From Guillardia theta CCMP2712 (taxonomy: Eukaryota; Protista; Cryptophyta): a DNA stretch of 64,000 nt. The notes under the pieces are model-generated. The model was not told the DNA's origin. It saw only the letters and a list, made by a program, of their open reading frames with translations, and did not search any database. Numbering within the stretch: the stretch's first letter is position 1; every line of letters starts with the position of its first letter. Position numbers and translations under genes: made by a program. Below, one piece after another: positions 13,561 through 26,100 of the stretch. The stretch spans positions 62,001 through 126,000 of the forward strand of contig NW_005434609.1 of NCBI RefSeq assembly GCF_000315625.1, read 5' to 3'.

Positions 13561-14946
13561 TTACTCAACTTTTTTATAGTACATTTTAATACGTTTTATA
13601 ACATCTTTGTACCATTACAATGTTTTACATTGCTAAAAGAATTATACATCCTCGTCGTCAGTAAAGCACGTAGAAGTTGGCCCGTGACTCTCGTGTCACG
13701 GTTGTCAGCAAGCTCTTACGTTCCGACACAAGATATCCCATATTTTCAAATCTTTCACTTAATATTGAAATATTTCAAAGAATATTTCAGAAATTTCTCG
13801 GTATCGTGATCTGGTCCAGGAAGATTGCTGATCTCCAGGTAGGGTTGTAAAATCAAGGGTACATCCATAGGAAGCGACCACTCATTTAGAGGGTGGGGTA
13901 GTACCCACAAGGGGTTGAAGAAACGTGGAGTCAGGCCCGGTCAGCAAGATCTTCAGCAAATCCACTACCCCTCCCTGAGTACCCCACCCACCATGTGTTG
14001 CCCTCTTCAGGAAAAAAAAATTTAGTACCCCACCCCGTGAACACGTTCTCATTCAACCCGGTACTCATAGCAGTTTAACCTCCAGCAGTGACCACTACCC
14101 ACCCCTCTACGTTCCTCGAACCCTGGAATGACCGACCCCCACAACCCTCATCCCTCGGATGACTTTACGAGTACCCCTTCATTTACCACCATATACCCCC
14201 CTCTGATCAGTACCCTACCCCACTTCCTGATGTGTCGAATTGATCACTCGGTGTTTTCCGACTTTTGCCCCTGTGACCCGATTCACCACCCCACCTTGAT
14301 CCCAATATCTGTACCACCCCTCATGGCAATTCGACCCCACACGAAAACCACCCACCCCTTCAATTACACGTCTTTCGATCGAAACTGGTATGGTGTACCC
14401 ACCCAGCCTCCCTTTACTACCCCGTGAATAGCTAAATGTACCCCACCACATGGACCTGGTCTTCTACCCCTCAATACGAATCCTACCACCCACCCCTTTC
14501 TCCAACCACCATAGGGTCCTCACACAAACTCCCTGCTCATCGCTTTCCCCTGTTTCTCGCTACCCTCGCATCGTCGCTCATCGACTCTCGCCTCCCTCAC
14601 CTCCCTCCCTCCTCTCTCCTCCTCCTCTTCTTGCTCAACCACGTTATCCTCGGTCGTTTCACGTCCGTTTGGCCTTCTCCTCTGCCATCTCGTTGCTTTT
14701 TTTGCCCTGATCGCAGTTCGGTCTTGTAACGACCGCTGTGGCCCTGGTGCCCTCTCGTCTCCTGCCGCATTCTTTCCCTGTTCAATTCAGAAGTAGCCCT
14801 TTTTTCAGTTTACACAGACATCCTTGTGAACAAGGTTTGAGCTCATTCCACCACTCTTGAGAACTTGTGTTCGAATGTTCAAACGTTGACAGTCAACTGG
14901 ATCAAATTGTGCGTATTTCTCGTCCCTCTGTTCGATCCCAGTCAAA

Positions 14947-16548
14947 ATGCGCTTATCGCTGCTGAATCCCATTTCCCTGTCATCCTCAAATGAGGTGTTC
15001 GGTAGGGCCATTCTGTTTGCTGGAGGGGTCATTCTCAGTGGGCTTCTCCCCGACCTCTATCGGGCCATTCGTGACGGCAAATTCAGCGACTTGAAAGAAC
15101 TCTTCCACATAGATTTCTCTTCACAATTCTACACTTGTGTCTGCAATTCGATCTATAGCAGGGAGATCGTGGAAACAAAATGCATGATTCTGAAAGAAGT
15201 CATCAATGCAGCCAAGTCCCTGTCTGATGATGGCGAAAAGCTCGGATACGTGATTAGCAAGGGTACCCAGCTCGAAATTCTTCATACGAATTCCGTTTTC
15301 AGGGAACTTCTAGAATGGCCAAAGGAGGAAGACAAGCACCCGAAGGCCATCCACGACATTCTTCCTCTCGAGATTCGCAACTATCATCGAGCATGGGTGC
15401 AGCGAGTCAAGAAAACAGGATCTCTACCTGGGTCGCTTATGCACCCTCTCAGAAATATCACCCTCCGAAGGTGTACGGGAAAACCACTTCATGTGAACCT
15501 CGTGCTGAGAACTCTAGGTTATGACGTAGACTTGCGTGCTGAAGACTGTGTCATATACGCCATTATCACGTCGACTGGGGCGATTGAAGACGACAGCAGC
15601 GATGTCAGAAATGATGATGAGAATGGAATATGGAGTCTTGCTGCAGAAGGCATGTATGGTTCAAATGCTGGTCAGATGGTAGCTTCTGGTCAAGTTCCGG
15701 AGCCAGAGGCTTATCCAGTTGCGACAGTTCTCTACCTGGACATCGTGGGGTATACCAAGAGATGTACTGGCATGTCACCCAAGGAGATTGCAGATTGGAT
15801 GTCGCAAGTGCATGCTGACGTCGAGCAGCTCCTGAGCAAGCACTTCATTCGCAAGATAGAGACTCGGGGTGATTGCTACGTTTGCGTCTCAGGTACCAAC
15901 ACTGTGGATGGAGATCGAGACCAGAACCAGATGAGCAGGATGGTCGCTTTTGCTCTTGACGTTGCCGTCGCTTTGCACACAAATCACGATACACAAATCC
16001 GCGTGGGGATAGATATCGGGCCGTTGACCATAACCTATATTGATAGTAACCATTATGCTCCTACTGTCTGTGCATTTGGGGACCCGATGGTCGTTGCAGG
16101 GAAGCTAGAGCAGTGTGGGTCCCCAAGCATGATCAGGCTGTCGGAAGTGGCTGCCTTGTACTTGCGCGATGAACATGACTCGCTGGTTGTGGTGGACCAT
16201 GAGAACAACTCGGTGGACTTTTCCGTCGATCCGTCATGGGAGACTGTATTCGTGAAGGGAGTCGGCGACATCAAGAGCGCTTGGATAGATTGCAGGACTC
16301 GACAGTTCGTTTCTTTCGGCAAACAGGAGTTGAATCCCGACACGAAGTCGGAATCGAGTGCTGCCTCACGGGCTGCATCTGAACGGGATATTCTGTCGAG
16401 TGCCAATACTCCTGATGAAATGAAGATTGACAATTACAGGATCTCGCCGAATAACTCTGAGGATTTCAGCGGGTTGCTCAATCCAACCAGCCAGAATGAT
16501 TCATCATTTGACTTCGCTACCCTACCTTCCATAGATAATTCCTACTGA
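14947..16548 (+). CDS. Class III nucleotidyl (guanylyl-type) cyclase-domain protein with N-terminal TM segment and PAS-like domain; intronless
   Basis: 533-aa ORF with VLYLDIVGYT, KIETRGDCY, RVGIDIGP, CAFGDP; PAS-like TNSVFRELLEW...IHDILP. Confidence 0.85.
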   Translation: MRLSLLNPISLSSSNEVFGRAILFAGGVILSGLLPDLYRAIRDGKFSDLKELFHIDFSSQFYTCVCNSIYSREIVETKCMILKEVINAAKSLSDDGEKLGYVISKGTQLEILHTNSVFRELLEWPKEEDKHPKAIHDILPLEIRNYHRAWVQRVKKTGSLPGSLMHPLRNITLRRCTGKPLHVNLVLRTLGYDVDLRAEDCVIYAIITSTGAIEDDSSDVRNDDENGIWSLAAEGMYGSNAGQMVASGQVPEPEAYPVATVLYLDIVGYTKRCTGMSPKEIADWMSQVHADVEQLLSKHFIRKIETRGDCYVCVSGTNTVDGDRDQNQMSRMVAFALDVAVALHTNHDTQIRVGIDIGPLTITYIDSNHYAPTVCAFGDPMVVAGKLEQCGSPSMIRLSEVAALYLRDEHDSLVVVDHENNSVDFSVDPSWETVFVKGVGDIKSAWIDCRTRQFVSFGKQELNPDTKSESSAASRAASERDILSSANTPDEMKIDNYRISPNNSEDFSGLLNPTSQNDSSFDFATLPSIDNSY

Positions 16549-16784
16549 ATCCAGAAATATGGACAGCTTGTTAATTCTAGACAGCTTGGCAACGAGCCTC
16601 AAAAATCTCAACTGTACTTTTGTAAATGTTTTTTCAGTATGCTACCTGAAAAACTAGAGTATTGTTTTTAGAATGTGCTTGAATAATGAATGGTTTGATG
16701 GAAATGCACGGTGGACTTTCTTTGTCATTCACTGATTCGGCAAAGAGTGAAATTTGTTTTAGTCCTCTTTAATCCATGCACATT

Positions 16785-17634
16785 CATGTGTTTGCAGTTG
16801 GATTGAGCTCCTGCTGCTCCTGTACAAGGCGGTGCTGCGCCATGTGAAGAGTTTCTTTCATGTACAAGTCTTTATCATTCAGCCAAAGGAAAATCAACAA
16901 AATTGTTACAGCAACTCTTAATTAGGTTGGAATTGGTAGTCTATTCTGCTATCACTAGCAGTCGTCAGGATCTGACATTAGAACGTCAAGGATACCACTG
17001 TCAAGATCGCTCAGTCAGGGGTATAACTGAGGAATCGTATCACCGCAGTTGCTCAGAACATGTACACCATCGTGATCTTGGAATCATCCTTGACCTCTTG
17101 GGAGGACATACTTCGAGCTCGCCATGAAGCCATCATTGCCCTGCTCTCCCACTCGTGTAGCGCAGCTGAAGTGCTACTGCCTTCGTCACTCTTACTATGT
17201 AACTCTCCCTGAGCCGCTGGCTGATCTTCGCTATCCGCCTTGCTTCTTGCCGTACCAAGAAGCTCTTCGAATGCAGCGTCCCATATCCCAGTAAAGTCTA
17301 TGCTGGGCTCATTATGTTCTGGAGTGTGCTTTCTGAGGTGACCTGTTTCAGCCTTGGGCTTCTCGCTCCAGCTGAAATGAAAGTTGAGCAGCGACGACAA
17401 TGCTGCCTCAGAGCCTGCATGCTCTCTCGGGCTTATGGTAAGGGTGTCGGTCTTTGACTCTGCGCTGGAATTCGCTCCCTTGTCAAGATGATGATGCCTG
17501 TCTGCCGACGGCTTTGCTCTCTTGTCAGGGATGACGCTTTGTGCGTGTAAGTATCGTTTCTCCGACTCGAGCCACTCGCTGACCTTGATGACTGAGTTGT
17601 GCTCTTCCGGGGAGAGGTAGTAATTGTTGTGCAT
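16785..17634 (-). CDS. Hypothetical protein
   Basis: 193-aa ORF 17053-17634 with coding-like composition, plus a probable terminal exon near 16785-16890; no recognised domain. Confidence 0.4.
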
Positions 17635-17676
17635 GCTTAGCGCTCGAGGAAGGATTCAGGACGACGGGAGGTGTGT

Positions 17677-17766
17677 GTGTATGAAGGAGATAGATGTGCT
17701 TCAGGATGTGTATGAAGGAGGTAGATGTGCTTCAGGATGTGTATGAAGGAGATAGATGTGCTTCAG
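17677..17766. repeat. 31-bp minisatellite, about 3 copies
   Basis: GTGTATGAAGGAG(A/G)TAGATGTGCTTCAGGAT repeated. Confidence 0.9.
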
Positions 17767-19049
17767 AGGTTGGTTCAGCAGGAAGATCCCAGGAGGATTC
17801 TGCTTGCAGTCAAGGAAGACAAAGACAGGCCCTCTTCCTCTCTTTATATACGTGTGAACCGATAAGGTCGACGGTTATCCTGCATTGGGGGGAGTCTTGA
17901 AGAGACCTAAATATTTTCGCTCATTTAGGGGGGTAGGGGTACTGGAAAGAGTGTATACATCTTGAGATACAGCTCTTTTGGTAAAGCTGACCGTCAGCAT
18001 TTCGGTGAAACGTTGTCTGATCGGAGATAAGGAGGCTCGCCCCTCCTCCCCCGCTCCTATATTCGTTGCAAATCTTTTCGCCGTTGCCATGGATCAGCCT
18101 CACTGAGTCAGTACAAGCTGAGCCGCGACCATGACGAGGAGACGAGCAGGAGAAAAATGAAAGCTCTGTCGCCAACAGCTCACTGACCTTGCCTGTGTTC
18201 AATGGGCAATCCGATCCGATCGGATCATCGCGGCGAGCCGAGCGACCGTCACGCGGCGGCCCCCGCCACCGCCGCCGGGGCCCGGCCGCGGTTACCGGCG
18301 GGCCGGGCGCGGCTGATCATAACCCGGCGGGACCGTGCTAACAGTGTTAGGCTGTGCAGCACCCCCGGGTCACTGAGCGGCCAGGCCGCGGCGGTCCGAG
18401 TCACGCTAACTTCAGTGCGGCGGCGGCGGCGCTCAGCTGGAGGTCCGGTTTCCGAACTCGGAGTTCCGAACTGAGGAAGTTCGGAAGTTTGTGCCGAAGT
18501 TGACTTGAACAGTGGCCGGCGGCCGGGCCGGGCTGCCGCGTGCGTGACTCTGACCATGCGGCCGGACTCCCGGATCGGACCGTGGGTGTCCGGACACTCG
18601 GGCCCCCGGCGGGACACTGACCTAACTCCAAGTCACGAGTCGGCCTGGCCCGGCCCGTGGAGTGTCATGTAACGGTATTAACGGCGTCCAACGAAAGACT
18701 TGCCCGCCAACGGAAGTCGAGATGCTGGGATGGGCAGCTGAAGAGGAAGGCAGGCGAGAAGGACAGAGAACTGGAACGACGAGAGAGAAGGGGAGGAAAG
18801 CAGGATGACAAGGAAGAGAGGGAGAGGAAGAGGAAGAGGAAGAGGGTAGATGGAGAAGGAAGGGAAGCGATGGTTGGTAGCGCGAAGGAGCCTTGGGCGA
18901 AGAGAAAGGAAAAGGTCTGCACCATTTGAAAGTTTCAGGAAAGATACAAAATTTATTGATCTGTCTCTTATATTTGGAAACGCTGATTGATTTCAAACTC
19001 CCCAAGTGCAAGAGGTTCTGACTTTCTGCTCTTTCGCTCAGCATCTTCA

Positions 19050-21114
19050 ATGGGTTCACGGGCAAGGAGTGGGCATCTGGCCCCTGATTTTATGATTCTC
19101 AACCGACGGAAGGCTGAGGATCAGCGAAGAGTGTTTGACGAGAAGTGTAAATCTGATGCTTCTGTTGAACGGTTCGCGCACTGGGAGCACAAGACCGCAG
19201 GGAAGATTGAGAGGAACACGGTCACCAGGAAGGTGGAAACTATGAAGCAGGACATGAAGGAAGAGCTGAATGAGCGGCGATCCAAACTTGCTGCTCTGCT
19301 GGCAGAAGAAGATGCAAGATACACTGCGGAGTTGAGTTCGTTTGAAGAGACCCCAGAAATGAGAAGAGATCGGCTGAAAGCTCGGGCACGAGAGTTGATG
19401 CGCCGACGAGAGCAGGAGAAGCGCGAGTTTGCTGTGCTCATGAGGGAGCGGCAGGTAACCATCGAAGTTTGGCTCTCCCTGCTTCGGCTGATTGTAATCT
19501 CTTCACGTAGTTTCGGGAATCTTGCGACGCTTTTCGTGAGCATGATGGAGAACAATTGCTCCATGAATGCGTGGTACGTGGAGCCAATGATGTGAATGTT
19601 TGAATTGTTTGACGTTTGGTTCAAGGTTGCGCGCGAGAGAGCGTTGGAAGAGAAGGAGGAGAACAAGCAGAGGCAAAAAGAAGAGAATGAAATGTGGCAT
19701 AACAAGCTGCTCGATCTTGTACGCAAATCAGAAGAGAGGGAGATGAACGACAAGAATCGACAGGTTCAACCAAACATTGTCGCTCTTCGGTTCTCTCTTA
19801 CCTTGTGATCAAGATGGAACTCCGGTCAGAGATGCTTCATACATTGCAAGAACAGGTAGCGATTTGTCTCCTGCTGAGCTTGTGATGTTGATATCTCCTT
19901 TAGATCCAGGAGCTACAAGCGAGAAGAGACGAAGACGAGAGGCTGAAGCAAGAAGAAGCAAGACTCATGAGAGAACGATTCGAGCTTGACCTCGCGGAGG
20001 CCAAGAGGAAAGAGCATGAACGAGCAGAGATGCAGGCAGAAAAGAAGCTGGCAGTCGCCAGGTACAACCTGTGCAAAGAGGATTTCCTGGTTGCTGAACT
20101 GCTTGATGGTAGACACAACGCTCTACTGCGAGCTGAGAAGGACGCAGAAATCAGACGCCAACAGGAAGAAGACTTGAAATTGCTTAATGTAAATGTTCCC
20201 TGCTGCTCTCTTGGCCACTTAAGATCTCTTCAGGCCATGCTGGACAAAGAAAGGCGTGCAGAGGAGGCCGAGTTGCAGTACAAGGCGCAGCTGCGTCAGC
20301 AAGCCCGGGAGTACCAGGTCAGAGTGTCGGATGGAAGCGACAAGGCTGATGTTTTGTCGACTTCAGGCGCAGCTCATTGAACTTATGAAGAAAGAAGCCG
20401 TGGATGAGGCGGCAAGCGAGGCGATCAGAAAGGCAGAGCAAGAGAAGGCCTGGCGCAAACGCGAGGAGGTCCTTGGATGCGTGTCGTGCTAGCAAACTGC
20501 TCTGACATCATGGTGCATAGGTGTGGGAGAAAGAGAGGGCGGCACGCGAGAAGTTGATGAAGGAGGTGCTTCAAACGCGTCGTGAACAATTGCAACAAAG
20601 AATCGAGCAGAACAGGAGAGAACGAGAGGTGAAAGTCAAATCCTCACACCTCTGTCTTGTTGAGGCTGAGTCTCTCCAGTTCGCTATGGAGGAGAAGGAG
20701 CGTATGGTGAGAGAAGTCGACGATATAGAGCAGCAGAACGCGCTGCAGGTGGGACTTGAAGGCTCAAATACTGATAGGCTGACCGTCTGCATGTCTCCAG
20801 GCTGAGATCCGCAAGAGGATCGCAAAGGAGCATCAGCGGGACATCCTGACCCAGATCGAGGTGACTTGCTGTATCCCATGTCAACCTGCCTTCACCCGGG
20901 TGCCTTCCAGGAAGCCAAGAACGCGATGCGAAGAGAGATGGAGATCGCGGCCCTGGAGCTTGAGGCTTCCCGGAGGGAGGAAGCTGCATACCAGGTCTGT
21001 CTCTTCTCTTGCTCCCCTCGCACCTCACGCTCTACGAAGGCAAAACTGGCCAAGGAGATGCTGGTGCAGAAGCCACTGAAGAATCATGGACTAAAGAGCA
21101 CGGGACTCTTCTAA
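19050..21114 (+). CDS. CFAP53: Cilia- and flagella-associated protein 53 (CCDC11), multi-exon coiled coil
   Basis: WEHKT...ELNERRSKLAALLAEEDARYTAEL..EETPEMRRDRLK..RERQ/FRESCD matches the CFAP53 pattern (EERRNKLRELLALEE..QFRERC); E/K/R-rich exons with short introns. Confidence 0.8.
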
Positions 21115-21243
21115 TACTGCATTCGCTCCTACCTCGTTTATGCACTTGAGACATTTGATTGTTTGAGTTGGTTTACATCCCCTTGGAAACAAAGACGAGT
21201 CCTTTCCCATCTAGTTGCTCCTCTCCCCTCCTCTCCTCCGCTG

Positions 21244-22086
21244 CTATGCAATCATCGAACAAGCGCACATGTCGATGCCGTTAGGGTCAGCATTGCTCAC
21301 GACCTTCTCTTCAACGCATTTCATGTACTTCTCGTAGAACGCTTTCTTGTCTGCGTGACACTCTAGGTATGTGCAAACTCCGTTCCTCTTCGACAGCTTG
21401 ATCACTGTCATCAGTAACGAAGATCCTACCCCCTTGCCCTGCGCGTCTGGATGCGCCCCTAGCATGTACACGTACCAATGTCTCCCTGCCGCATGTGTAC
21501 GATGCATCCTCTCCATCATGCGCTGAGCACGCAGCGCTCTTTCCTTGGCAAACTTCCCGTACCTCTTGGTGTTCCGCTCTAGCGGAGGACCTCTTGCCTT
21601 CCACCCCAAGTTCATCATGCGCAGCACAGTTAGCACGTTGCCATTCTTGACCGTCCCAGGAGGCATTATGAGGGCGACGCCCAGCAATTTGCCGCTGTCA
21701 GCATCTCTATACCCGAGCACGCACCCGTAGTCGAAGCAACAGTTCGTACACCATGTTGCGTACCATCGCGTTCCTTGCACAAACCTCTCACACTCTTGCG
21801 GTTTCCCCGTCACATTTTCGGGACCAAAGATCCAGCGGACTTTCCCTTCTCCCGGCGATCGATCAGTCCCAACAAACGCTGCAGTGCAGACCTCTATCAC
21901 TTCTTGGTAATCGTTCTGAGACAAGAAAGAGATGTGCGTGTCCACACTATCCAGCTCCTTGAGCGTCTTGTTCCATTGCTCAGCACAGCCTTTCTTTCTA
22001 GCGCCAAACATCCTGATCAGCATGTCAGAGCACTGAAGCTCAAAGTTGCAAGACGGTCCTTGAGCTGATTCTCCCTCTAGCTCCAT
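21244..22086 (-). CDS. GNAT-family N-acetyltransferase, apparently intronless
   Basis: HWYVYMLGAHPDAQGKGVGSSLL (acetyl-CoA motif A), TYLEC, KAFYEK; start uncertain. Confidence 0.85.
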   Translation of the reverse strand: MELEGESAQGPSCNFELQCSDMLIRMFGARKKGCAEQWNKTLKELDSVDTHISFLSQNDYQEVIEVCTAAFVGTDRSPGEGKVRWIFGPENVTGKPQECERFVQGTRWYATWCTNCCFDYGCVLGYRDADSGKLLGVALIMPPGTVKNGNVLTVLRMMNLGWKARGPPLERNTKRYGKFAKERALRAQRMMERMHRTHAAGRHWYVYMLGAHPDAQGKGVGSSLLMTVIKLSKRNGVCTYLECHADKKAFYEKYMKCVEEKVVSNADPNGIDMCACSMIA

Positions 22087-23158
22087 CCCTGACCTTCCTC
22101 TCCCTCTCTTGTCCTCCTCTTCTCCTGCCTGCTCCCCCCTCCTCCGCCATGTCATGCCATGCCCCAATCCTTCGCTTCCCTGTTTCGCTCTATCGACATG
22201 AATTCAGACCCTTCGGAAGGGACGCTTTACGGCAATGTGCATAACCGAACCTCACAGCTAGCAAAAGGACAGAGATTGTAGTTTACCCGTTTTCACCCTT
22301 CAAAATTGCTGCCCTCCACCGCATGGATCCGACCATGTGCGCCATGTCGCCCTGCTCCTACTTTCCCCGCCAGCCCCCGCCAGCCCCCGCCCTCCTCTCT
22401 CCTCCTCTCTCCTCCTCCTCTCCTCCTCGTTCTCTTCTCTCTCCCTCTCCTCCCTCCCTCTTGTCCCTCTCCCCTCTCCCGCCCTCTTGTTCCCTGCCCC
22501 CCTTTTCTATTCGTTCCCATTTTTCGAGGTTACCCCGATTTTTCCTTCACAGACCCTCTCCGCTTCTTTCCCTGTCTCCTGCTGCCTGTTCTCTTCACTG
22601 AATACCATCATGAACATTGATTCTCCCTTCAGCAACAAAATGTCCTCGATGAGTCTCCCTCCTTCTCCCGCATGCTCTTGATCGTGTGGAGCCTGTATCT
22701 CAGGCTTAATGACGACCTGGTCATGTAATGCCGGACGGATGGCGCGGCTCTGCTGTCTCTAATGGTTTGTGTGCCAACGTCAGGCGCTCTCCACTCCCCT
22801 TGAACTCTTGTGGCTAGGATTCGTGCCCTCCCAGAATGTTGTAACTCAAGATCCCTTTTCTGTATCTTTGTCTTCCTGCATGATGAAACATGGATTGAGC
22901 GTCGATTCTGAACCTCACACACCCCTTAAACGATAGTATCTGTCTTTCTCAATCCGATAGCATCAAGGATTTTTGAATATCACGCATGACTGAGCTCTTG
23001 GTTTTGTACTCCAGGTGCCTGGTGGTAATGTCCTTGCATTAGATGCAGGGCATCATACACGACATGCATGAGGTCGTAGAGCAGGGAGCGCGATCCTGAT
23101 CCTAGTGGTCTTATGGGATCCGAACAAGGCCTCCTTTGGCTCGCCCTTACTTAGAACG

Positions 23159-26100
23159 ATGAAGTTCAGCCTGTCCGCCGTGCTGATTTTGCTACAATTC
23201 TCGGCTCTCCGTTGCAACACGCATCAGGTCAAACCTGCACTCTGTCAGCAGCCTCGCACCTCGACCGGTGACCTGGTGCGGTCGCCTCTGAGGTTGAGAG
23301 GAGGGAGTCAGAATGGCGATGTGGGAGTCGGGGAGATCAAATTTCAGAACATCTTGCTGGCCTTGGAAGTGCTCCACAACCCTTCAGAGACAAAGGAGCG
23401 GAGGGACGAGGCCCTTTCCCTCTGCCAAGGGGTGAAGGAGCGGAACTCGGAGTGCAGACTTTATGCTGAGAAGCTGATGCTCTTCACTTTGCCCGATCCC
23501 GTCCGGCACTTTGGTCTACAGCTCTACGAGCACTTGGTCACAGTGCGCTGGAAACAACTGCCTGCCACGATGCGAGAAGAACTGAAAGTCAACGTAATGA
23601 CCCTCCTGTACAATGGGACAAAGAGCATCCAGGAAGAATCGAACTACATCAAGGGCAAGATCGTGCAGGTTGTGGTGAAGATCGCGCTGCAAGAGTGGCC
23701 GCGCAGTTGGCCGAATCTGCTGTCTGACCTCCACTTGCTCGCTGGTGTCGGGGAGACGCAATGCGAGCTGGCGGTTATGGTGTGGCGAGCGCTACCTGAG
23801 GAGTTCATGCTGTCTCCGCTGTCGATCGTGGAACGCAATCAAATGATTCAAACATGGCGGGGGGACTTGGAGAGAGTTGTCTCGTCCCTTCGGCAACTCT
23901 TGATTTCAACCTTCACGAGAAGGAGCCTGGTAAGAGAGGAGCGGTGAAGGTGGACTGGGCGCTGAACCTGATCTGCAAAGGACGCTCAGACAATCAGGAT
24001 GGTGCAGGAGATCGTCCGTTGCATTGAGGTTCAAGTCGGTTTCACGACCTTGCAGATGCTGGCTGAAAAGGAATTCGACTCGCTCCTCCTCCCTCTGCTC
24101 GACAACCGCTTCCTACGTGACAGGTAACATAGGCCATGACTGCGACGTGACGATGAGAGTAAGTGACGTCAATTCTGTAGTGTGTTGGACGTTGTATCCG
24201 CTCTGATCAACAAGAACAACCGAGGAATCTACTATGACAGTCCGGAGCAAGTCTTCTTGTGGAGCATCATGTGACCCTTTGCTTGTCCCCGTCGCTCGGG
24301 CTCATCAGCGGCTGACGCAGGAGGGGGATGATGCGGTCTTGCCACTTTGCGATGCAGGCCAGCAGCGAAGCCGAACCGAAAATGGACGACTATGAGTTTC
24401 TGAAGCACATAGCGCAGGTTTCGACCTCTCCCCTCTCCCCTCCACCTCTTGACATGAAGGTCCTCCTGCCAGATTTTCTGCGAATTTGGTGTGAACTTCT
24501 GGCCGGTGAATATCGTCTTGACCTCATACGGAGGGAGAGTCTGACATATGGTGGCGGCAGCTGCTGGAGCGGAAGGAGGCAGAGTTCGAGCAGTTCACCA
24601 GCGTCATTCTCACCCTCTCGCACGTGAAGAGCCTCAACGTCCTGTCCTTGACACTGTCGTACTGGGGAGCATTCATCGAGAGGAAGAGGAGCGGGGAGAA
24701 CGCGACGAGCTTGTCCAACAAGGATGAAATGCTGCTGTTCTCCTTCGGCAAGGTAGATGTGCCCGTGAAGTTGAAGATGCTGATGATGGTGTAGATCCTT
24801 GAGATCACCGTCGACAACGCGTTTGGGAGTAATGGAATGAGCAAGCTGGACGAGCAGGACTTTGTCGAGGAGGATGAGTTTGTGCAGGTACGAGAAGAAA
24901 ACCTTTCCTCCCCTCCCCTCTCCTCTCCTCTCCAGAACCTCTTTCTCCTTTCCACAGATCTCCTCTCCTCACCTCTGATCTCAGCTCCCTTCCTCGCTTC
25001 CTTCTAGTCACTTCTTACAGGCATGGTTCAACCTTCGATCACGCATCCTCGACTTCGTGCGCAAGATGTCGATCCTCTATCCGAGCCAGCTCTTCCTCTT
25101 CACCTCGGAGAACTGGAAGCGGACACTGAGCTTGAGATCAAGCATGCAACAACCAGGTGACAACCTTCATGACGGAGAGCGTCTGACGGATGCTCGTCAG
25201 TGGCCTCCCTAGACGGCAAGGCAGATGCATGGTACCGCCTGCTGGAGAAGGTAGTCGAGTCGCTCCCTCAAGATGCGTTGGCGGCAGGTGGAGCAGAAGA
25301 GAGGGAGGAGAGACTGGTGCGGCTGAGACGAGGAGCAGACAGCAGTTGCTACAAAATGTGCGCGGAGCTGGTGGAAAGTTTGACCGACGTCATCCCACAC
25401 GCCATAGAGGCCGTTGTGAGTAGAAGATGGTCAGGTTTGCTACAGCAGGCAAGTGACTTCCTCGCAGACTTGCTCCATCCTCCGGGTCCTCGGCATCTTC
25501 CAACAGGTTTGACTTGCAACAACTGCCGTTTCCCTGACCCCGATGCCCTCGTAGCTGTATATCAATGCTCCGGAATCCGTTATCGTCCACGTCACCAAGA
25601 AGGCCAGTGGAGGAGGAAAGGAAAACTGTGAGAAGTCATTACAAGCGCAGGTCTTGCAGCTGCTGGCGCTACCGGGCTACGTCGACAATCATTTTGTATG
25701 TCATTTAGGTTGCTCATTCACTCGTTGATGTTGTCACGTGCAGATAAAATCCATCACGCTCACAAGTCCAGAAGTCAACTCAGATCAGAACATACAACGA
25801 ACTGCCCTAGCAGTGCTTGTTAAGATTGGTACTTTTGGTTTCTTGCTCTGGGAGTGCAATAACAACATTCTCGTTTTTCTTCTCCTCAAGGCACTCATTG
25901 TGCATCTAAGGTAACGAGTCTGTTCATGACGCTGTTTCCTGAAACTTGATTTCCCCAGCTCACTCCACACCTGCAAAGTCTGATTGAAGCAGTTCAAGGC
26001 CTGGCAGAACAAATAGAGTCAGAAGGACAGGTGACATCGATGCCTTTCAAACTTTTCTGCCTGTCTGTGATGAATCATCAACAGGGACATCTGATTGAGT

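Noticed and set aside
12477-13589. Multiple Arg/Gly/Pro/Ala-rich ORFs in the GC island (also 18202-18631)
   Set aside because: Stop-poor GC-rich DNA in all frames; one includes the translated retro-tail fragment.
17677-17766. 31-bp repeats (also at 58070) as a CRISPR array
   Set aside because: Head-to-tail units without unique spacers, no cas genes, eukaryotic context.
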